Virus record (IMG/VR): IMGVR_UViG_3300042292_001278
Location: 1-53,485 of that record
From: a virus
DNA length: 53,485 nt
Direction: 5' to 3' (one strand)
A program made the position numbers and the translations under genes. The notes beneath the pieces are model-generated. The model saw only the letters and a program-made list of their open reading frames with translations. It was not told the DNA's origin and ran no database searches. Positions 47,436 through 53,485 of the stretch are shown here, in pieces. The first letter of the stretch is position 1; every line of letters begins with the position of its first letter.

Positions 47436-48077
47436 ATGGAATATTATTTTGACACCGAGTTTATTGAAGACGGAAAAACCATTGACTTAATTTCTATTGG
47501 GATTGTCGCGGCTGATGGTAGAGAATATTATGCAATCAATGAAGACTGTGATTTTTCTAAAGCCCATCCTTGGGTTAAAGAGAATGTAATTACTCAACTA
47601 CCAGAAAAACACCCTCAACCGCCACGGGAAAACGGATCTTCAGATAAGTGGGAAAAATCAAAACTATGGAAACCTAAAAGTCAAATTAAAGAAGATGTTG
47701 CTTTATTCCTTGGTTGTCGCCACTCATTCTACATTCCCAACCCTAAAAACTGGATCGAAAAACAATACTGGAAACTTCCTTTTGTAAATATAGAAACTAA
47801 AGTTGAATATATACTAGAAAAAGACACACCTCAACCTGAAATTTGGGCTTATTATGCCGATTATGATTGGGTTGCCTTCTGTCAACTGTTCGGCACTATG
47901 ATGGATTTACCAAAAGGGTTTCCCATGTACTGCCGAGATATAAAACAACTCTGTGATGAACTTGGCAATCCAGAAATACCAAAGGACAGAATAGAACACA
48001 ATGCCCTAGATGATGCCAGATGGGTTAGAAAAGCCCATTTGTGGTTAAGAGATTATCAAATCAATGGAGTCCGGTGA
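47436..48077 (+). CDS. DEDD-type 3'-5' exonuclease
   Basis: MEYYFDTEFIEDGKTIDLISIGIVAADGREYYAIN...YADYDWVAFC...HNALDDARWVRKAHLWL. Confidence 0.75.
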   Translation: MEYYFDTEFIEDGKTIDLISIGIVAADGREYYAINEDCDFSKAHPWVKENVITQLPEKHPQPPRENGSSDKWEKSKLWKPKSQIKEDVALFLGCRHSFYIPNPKNWIEKQYWKLPFVNIETKVEYILEKDTPQPEIWAYYADYDWVAFCQLFGTMMDLPKGFPMYCRDIKQLCDELGNPEIPKDRIEHNALDDARWVRKAHLWLRDYQINGVR

Positions 48078-48568
48078 TACAGCAAATAACAGGATTCACA
48101 AGACAAGAAACAATTCAATTAACTAACTGCACATCCAGTCGGATTGCTTATCTGGAAAAGATGGAGTTAATAATTCCCACTCGGTACGGGGCAATTGGAG
48201 GCAAGCCAACGGTTATATTTAGCTATGGGCAATTGCTAGGGATTCAGGCTATTCGAGAATTAAGACTAGAGGATGTTCCATTGCCAACGGTAAAAAGACT
48301 CATTACCTTTTTGGAAAATGCCAGTTATGCCGATATTTCAAAAGATAAATTATTGATCGCAATGAACGATGATATTTTTTGGACTCAGAAAGATTGGTCT
48401 GATTTTGCCAACAATATGCCAAAAAGCCTCAAGAAAGCCAGTAAGGAGAATAAGAATATTTCTTGGTACATATTGATAGTGATTCCTATGGGAGATATTA
48501 TTGATGAAATTTTTAATACAGCTAAAAAAATCAATTTTCAGGATTTCCAACAGAGAATAACTTGCTAA
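48041..48568 (+). CDS. MerR-like HTH protein
   Basis: FTRQETIQLTNCTSSRIAYLEKMELIIPTRYGAIGGKPTVIFSYGQLLGIQAIREL. Confidence 0.6.
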   Translation: MVKRLSNQWSPVIQQITGFTRQETIQLTNCTSSRIAYLEKMELIIPTRYGAIGGKPTVIFSYGQLLGIQAIRELRLEDVPLPTVKRLITFLENASYADISKDKLLIAMNDDIFWTQKDWSDFANNMPKSLKKASKENKNISWYILIVIPMGDIIDEIFNTAKKINFQDFQQRITC

Positions 48569-48743
48569 ACTTCAAAACAATCACCGTGAATAATTTGATT
48601 AAGCATAATAATATTAATTGCCATTACCTATTTATATTATAATACAAACCCAATATCTTCACCAATAAAAATAACCCAATAATCAATAAGATTCCTGGGT
48701 CAGTATCGTCCAATTTCAATCAGTGTGCATCATTATTATAACA

Positions 48744-49169
48744 TCATATTTCATAATCAATCATTGCCGAAACCAAAGGTTTTCTTTCTGGAAACAGGTC
48801 TTTAATTGACTCTACAGCATCAACATAACACTGACCGAGATATGTTCCATTATCCGTAAAACTATCGCGGGTCTCGGCAACAGCCCACCATCCAGACCGA
48901 CTTCTGAATTCGACATACCAATAACCATATTGAGTCCCCTCTCCTGTTGTTTGGGATATTAAATTATTTAATTGTTCCGTTCTTGTTCGCATTCGCAACA
49001 TCATTTCCTCTCTAATTTTCCCTTGAAGTTCCCAGATATCTTTTTTTATAATGTCGTCCATCTGATTAGCTAATCTCATTTTATGCCGTGAATCCGTAAC
49101 ATCCTCGTATTCGCTTATTAACATTTGCAACGACCTAATATCCATGTCATCCCACCTCAAAAGTAACAA
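48744..49169 (-). CDS. Hypothetical protein
   Basis: 141-aa ORF. Confidence 0.45.
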   Translation of the reverse strand: MLLLRWDDMDIRSLQMLISEYEDVTDSRHKMRLANQMDDIIKKDIWELQGKIREEMMLRMRTRTEQLNNLISQTTGEGTQYGYWYVEFRSRSGWWAVAETRDSFTDNGTYLGQCYVDAVESIKDLFPERKPLVSAMIDYEI

Positions 49170-49377
49170 CGTTCCACTTTAATTCTACCTGTTCCCTAAT
49201 CCATTTATCCATACACGAATTAACAAAAACTTGATAATCTCCCCTAGAATTTAGCCAAAGTTTAGGGTATTTATCCTTCAATTCCTTAATCGTGAAAATC
49301 TCCTCAGATGCCGTTACCTCCCTGTTGAGTGCTATTAACTTAATTATAGTAGAATTTTTCATAATAAAAAGGATTCT

Positions 49378-49782
49378 TTATTGGTCAGGATGGTGTTTAA
49401 CACTTTTTTTAAACTTATTAATAACTGCAATAGCTTTTTTATATTCTAAATTCAACTTCTGATTTTTTTCTTGTAATTCAGCTATTTGATTACTAATACT
49501 TGAATTACTCTGCTCTTGTAATATGGTTAACTTTTCCTTTAAGTTAATATTCTCGGTTTCGATTTTGCGAAGATTGGTTTCTCTGTATTCAATCTCCCTT
49601 TCAAGAGTCTTAATTTTCCCTTGAAGTTCCACAATTATTTTAGCATTTTTAATATCAAAAATTCGATTAATAGCAATCCCGATCACGCTACTACCACTCA
49701 ATAAAATACCAGTGAACCCCAAGACAGTTTGGACGGTTTGGTCTGGTGGTGTGGTTGTAGTAATCTGAAGAAAGGTCAACAT
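49378..49782 (-). CDS. Membrane-anchored coiled-coil protein
   Basis: Transmembrane helix followed by long Glu/Lys/Leu coiled coil. Confidence 0.5.
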   Translation of the reverse strand: MLTFLQITTTTPPDQTVQTVLGFTGILLSGSSVIGIAINRIFDIKNAKIIVELQGKIKTLEREIEYRETNLRKIETENINLKEKLTILQEQSNSSISNQIAELQEKNQKLNLEYKKAIAVINKFKKSVKHHPDQ

Positions 49783-49783
49783 A

Positions 49784-50287
49784 TTAGGACTTATAGGTAT
49801 ACTTTATAGATAACACAATTCCCACAAGAGTTGAGAAAAAATTCCCGCAAATTAAAGCAGAAATATTCCCGTTTTGTTCAATTCCTATGGCTCCAAAAAA
49901 ACCGAGAACAAACAAAACTGAAAGGATGTGGCAGATATTCAATAGCAAATAGCAAGCCACCCAAACCGGAGAACTAACATAATGATTTTTTTTCAACTTA
50001 TAAACAAATACCCAACAAATCACACCGCTAATCCCCACCCCCAACATAAAGGCGTTCAGGAAGTCGATGCTTTCGTTTACGAAATAAATGGAAGTTTTTG
50101 GCGGGGTAAATATCACCCCAAAAAACCCCAATAAAATCATCACCAAGAAATGATGATTAAAAAACAATGCCTGACCGACATACTTAATCTTAAAAACTGG
50201 TTTACTGTTGTATCTCTCGTATTCAATCAACGTCGGGAAAGTCCTGTTTTTTTCTCTTTCTTTCCTTGAGTTTTTTGTTCCGTTCAT
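49784..50287 (-). CDS. Membrane protein
   Basis: Multiple hydrophobic segments. Confidence 0.5.
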   Translation of the reverse strand: MNGTKNSRKEREKNRTFPTLIEYERYNSKPVFKIKYVGQALFFNHHFLVMILLGFFGVIFTPPKTSIYFVNESIDFLNAFMLGVGISGVICWVFVYKLKKNHYVSSPVWVACYLLLNICHILSVLFVLGFFGAIGIEQNGNISALICGNFFSTLVGIVLSIKYTYKS

Positions 50288-50558
50288 AGTAATGCTCCCA
50301 CACCAAAAACAACGATAGAAAACTGATAAAAACCTGAATAACTAAAGTCGAAACCTTGATATATCCAAATTTTTGATAGCCAAATTTATTTAAACTATCA
50401 AATATCAGCATTATACCACTGTTAATCAATAGCGTTGAACTCAAGTATTTATTTAATTTTCTATCATCAAAAAATAAGAAGATGCCATTAACAATAGAAA
50501 TTAGTCCGGCAAAAAATAGCAGGAGAATATAGCCAGAATTGTCGATTGTCAATGGCAT
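50223..50558 (-). CDS. Membrane protein, possible holin-like role
   Basis: Three hydrophobic segments plus charged C-terminus KKLKERKRKKQD. Confidence 0.4.
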   Translation of the reverse strand: MPLTIDNSGYILLLFFAGLISIVNGIFLFFDDRKLNKYLSSTLLINSGIMLIFDSLNKFGYQKFGYIKVSTLVIQVFISFLSLFLVWEHYYERNKKLKERKRKKQDFPDVD

Positions 50559-50562
50559 ATTG

Positions 50563-50877
50563 TTATTGTACTAACGGGTCGTTATTCATCGCTTCAAGTA
50601 CGACTAATTCCGCGTCTAATTTTTCTTGATATTCCTTCTCAAAGGCATCAATGAAAATAGGGACAAAAGCCTCAATAGCATCGTGCAGCCCTGGATATTT
50701 AGCCAACGGAATCCTAATGATTCCGCTTTTATTCGTTGGGATTGTATGACCCGTTTCATCGTCAACCATGACGATTACATAACAGGCTTCAATATATTCC
50801 CTATTAACAATTCCAGTTTGAGGATTTGCAGTTTCAAACTGTTGACGATAGACAATTCTATGCTCTTGGTAACTCAT
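50563..50877 (-). CDS. Hypothetical tail-region protein
   Basis: 104-aa ORF upstream-adjacent to fiber gene. Confidence 0.45.
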   Translation of the reverse strand: MSYQEHRIVYRQQFETANPQTGIVNREYIEACYVIVMVDDETGHTIPTNKSGIIRIPLAKYPGLHDAIEAFVPIFIDAFEKEYQEKLDAELVVLEAMNNDPLVQ

Positions 50878-50879
50878 TT

Positions 50880-52616
50880 TTATGCTCCTATTAATCCGTG
50901 AGTTGTCAAATCATCAATCAACGCTTTTACTCTTTCAGCTAATTGTGGAAGAGTTACCGTTGAAGTTGCAAAAGTTGTGCGAGTAGCGGTTCCCGTAGGG
51001 GCAGCCCATCCCGTTCTTCGGGCGGAAACAACTTGATTAGTCCCAACAACAAAAGACGTTGCTTTTGCCGACCCATTAACATCTAATTGTTGCGATGGGC
51101 TAGTAGTACCAATTCCGACATTATCATTATCCAGTATGACAAAAGGAATTGATTTAACGTTGCCATTGGAGATATAGGTATATATAGAAAAACAATTCTG
51201 ACCAAGACCTCCCGCATCTGTTGATTTCATATTATAGAGAACGTATGAGGTGCTAAGTCCTGCTTCTGTTTTTCCAAGGTTACTGATTTCGATAGCAGCT
51301 GCATACCCCAGACTTCGTAACCTTAAAGCACCCGTTACAATACCACCAGCCAAAGGAAGGTATGTGTCGGGAAGTCTGGCAGCACTCAAGGTTCCGGTTG
51401 AAATATTAGAAGCATTTAAACTGGTTAGTCCGGAGCCATTCCCGTTCAACGAACCAGCAAAAATCGCTCCCGTAATCCCCAAACTAGCTGCACGAATCGC
51501 GCCTGTAGTGGTAGAAGTTGAAGGTGTTGCAGCAGACACAATCATATCTGTTGTGGTAATAGTACCCGCCCTTGAAACAGTAAGAGGCCCCCCTAGGTAA
51601 TTACCATTATCATCTCTCGTTTGAAACTGGAGCGCCTCCCCATCCACCACCAAATACCATAATTTTTTATTTGTCGGGGCTTTGCTCTCGTTAAGCCATA
51701 TCGCCGGATAAATACTCGAAACTGTTAATTCACTAGCTGATACCGTATACGCATTGACATCACCCGTAACCCCTAAACTAGCACCACGAATCGCACCCGT
51801 AGTAGGAGAGGTTGATACCGTTGCGCTAGTTGAAACCAAGTCCCCTGTGATAGTCCCACCAGTCAGGGGGAGGTAAGCTGCGGGTAATCGGGCTGCGTTG
51901 ATGGTTCCAGTTGAGATATTTGAAGCATTTAAAGCTGTTAATGCCGTCCCAACCCCAGAAAAAGAAGTGGCGATCAATGCCCCTGTTAAAGTTCCACCCG
52001 CCAATGAAAGATAGGAATTAATATCAATTGAATAAGTCCCATCCCCTGTTTTTTTTAGGAATCCTGGGGTGTCGGATAGCGATTGAATAGCAATTAATTC
52101 GTTGCCGATACTGTTAGTTGAAACCGCAGTTACTTGACCCTTAGCATTGACAGTAATAGCAGGAATTGAACTAGCACTACCGAAAGAACCAACATTACTA
52201 TTGACCGTTGCCAGTGTTATCGCACTTGTAACATTGGCTGAACCATCAAAACTAACTGAATAACTAGCATCCCCCGTTGTTGTAATTGTCCGTGGCGTGG
52301 TTAGTTTTAACGCCTCCCCCGCCGTTGCCGAGCTTGATATTTCAACATAAACAGAACCCGACCATCGGTAGGTTTTGTTGTTATCTTCGGTGACATAAAT
52401 TTTGCCAGCATCACCCGCAACCGGAAACGCTGCAAGGTTAGCAAAATTCAAGACATCATCAACATAGGATGGCAAAACCGATGCTGAAATTGTGCCAGAC
52501 GCGGCGTTAACAGCCGTTAAGATTGTGTTGCTAGAAGTTAATGATTTTGTGAAATTTGCCACCGTTGGATCGGTTTCAGCTGTAATCACATTCCTAATTA
52601 ATTGTCCAACGCCCAT
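50880..52616 (-). CDS. Phage tail fiber protein with repeated modules
   Basis: TPGFLKKTGDGTYSID, LTGGTITGDL, GIGTTSPSQQLDVNG repeats typical of phage fibers. Confidence 0.85.
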   Translation of the reverse strand: MGVGQLIRNVITAETDPTVANFTKSLTSSNTILTAVNAASGTISASVLPSYVDDVLNFANLAAFPVAGDAGKIYVTEDNNKTYRWSGSVYVEISSSATAGEALKLTTPRTITTTGDASYSVSFDGSANVTSAITLATVNSNVGSFGSASSIPAITVNAKGQVTAVSTNSIGNELIAIQSLSDTPGFLKKTGDGTYSIDINSYLSLAGGTLTGALIATSFSGVGTALTALNASNISTGTINAARLPAAYLPLTGGTITGDLVSTSATVSTSPTTGAIRGASLGVTGDVNAYTVSASELTVSSIYPAIWLNESKAPTNKKLWYLVVDGEALQFQTRDDNGNYLGGPLTVSRAGTITTTDMIVSAATPSTSTTTGAIRAASLGITGAIFAGSLNGNGSGLTSLNASNISTGTLSAARLPDTYLPLAGGIVTGALRLRSLGYAAAIEISNLGKTEAGLSTSYVLYNMKSTDAGGLGQNCFSIYTYISNGNVKSIPFVILDNDNVGIGTTSPSQQLDVNGSAKATSFVVGTNQVVSARRTGWAAPTGTATRTTFATSTVTLPQLAERVKALIDDLTTHGLIGA

Positions 52617-53105
52617 CTAAAACCCCCTTATTAGTTCAACGGATGCCCCTTCTGGAACAATGATTGTGATGGCGGGATGTCGCGCGGGTAAACATGACTC
52701 CAAATTCACAATGTCATTAATCCCATTTGTTGCTGTTTTTGTCAGCCCATTAATCGTTACAGTTCCGGTTAAAATCGTTATGTAGACATAACAACTCCCT
52801 GCGGGAATAGTTGTTGTCCCTGCTGTTAAAATCCTCCAATCTGCTGTTAAGTTGGTCGTGGGCAACTCAACCGGAATCCTGTTATTAGAAAGACTGGGAA
52901 TCTTGGCGTTTACTGCTTCAAGGGTTGTTTCTTTAGCTAAGCCAGAGACATCTGTAGACCCCCCTCCCCCTCCCCCTACGCCTTCACTCGATATAGCACG
53001 ATAAACCTCCCAGTAGGGAAGTGTCTGTGCAGGGTGTTCCAGTGCTTCTATTTGCTCTCTAATTAAAGCAGCCGCATCCGCTTGTTGTGTACTAATATCA
53101 GGCAT
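52617..53105 (-). CDS. Putative tail-associated protein
   Basis: 162 aa abutting fiber gene; Gly-rich linker GGGGGGSTDVSGLAKE. Confidence 0.5.
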   Translation of the reverse strand: MPDISTQQADAAALIREQIEALEHPAQTLPYWEVYRAISSEGVGGGGGGSTDVSGLAKETTLEAVNAKIPSLSNNRIPVELPTTNLTADWRILTAGTTTIPAGSCYVYITILTGTVTINGLTKTATNGINDIVNLESCLPARHPAITIIVPEGASVELIRGF

Positions 53106-53234
53106 TTTTCATAAAAATAAGTATTTATAAATAATTTTAACCCCTCTTTTATTGATTGCATTTTCAATTTAAGAAATTCCCACAAGAAGTGTGATTAGCA
53201 CTTGACATATAGCGGGTCGGAGTATTTCACGAAA

Positions 53235-53468
53235 TTATCCAAATACTAAAGCGTATTTTTTAGCTGAGTTTTCAATAAAACTCAAAATGTCAGAATCCAT
53301 CTCTAAAATCCCTTGGTGAGAGATGGATGTCACAGTGTTTGTATAATAATATGCGACTGTGATCAAATAACTCCCATTCGCAAAACCTGAAGTCCCACTG
53401 ATGGCAGTTACAGAGTCAATTACAGGGCTATACAATCCCAATTCTGAAACAGGAACAGTAGTTGCCAC
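53235..53468 (-). CDS. Hypothetical protein, upstream extent uncertain at window edge
   Basis: 77-aa ORF near window edge. Confidence 0.35.
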   Translation of the reverse strand: MATTVPVSELGLYSPVIDSVTAISGTSGFANGSYLITVAYYYTNTVTSISHQGILEMDSDILSFIENSAKKYALVFG

Positions 53469-53485
53469 TCCGCCAGATCCAGTTA

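Noticed and set aside
1-53485. Diversity-generating retroelement or retron.
   Set aside because: No reverse transcriptase motifs in the listed ORFs and no template/variable repeat pair noticed near the tail fiber.

Overview
53.5 kb window from what looks like a temperate cyanophage or phage-like mobile element of a cyanobacterial host. It contains tail-like genes at both ends, a DnaB replication module, KilA-N/antirepressor-like genes, a RuvC-like resolvase, three DNA methyltransferases, a thymidylate kinase, and a tyrosine integrase beside a tRNA 3'-end fragment. HIP1 octamers (GCGATCGC) are abundant. Two loci stand out. (1) 36.06-38.75 kb: an intact IscB nuclease (PLMP-like N-terminus, RuvC, bridge helix, HNH) followed 15 nt later by a CRISPR array of 14 identical 36-bp repeats plus one degenerate terminal repeat. 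It is preceded by a structured omegaRNA-like leader with its own sigma70-like promoter. The predicted 5' end of that leader lacks a guide and instead carries a 14-nt anti-repeat (CAGTCAAGAATCAA) complementary to the CRISPR repeat. This predicts a dual-RNA IscB (crRNA plus tracr-like omegaRNA). No cas gene or tnpA is visible in the window. (2) 1.57-5.25 kb: a tight operon of ParB-like protein, C5-cytosine DNA methyltransferase, class-II glutamine-amidotransferase/asparagine-synthetase-like protein, and CmoA-like carboxy-SAM synthase. The methyltransferase has motif X 'GRAVPP' in place of 'GNAVPP'. Together these predict DNA carrying 5-carboxymethylcytosine, possibly amidated to 5-carbamoylmethylcytosine. 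All functional assignments come from reading motifs; no database search was run.
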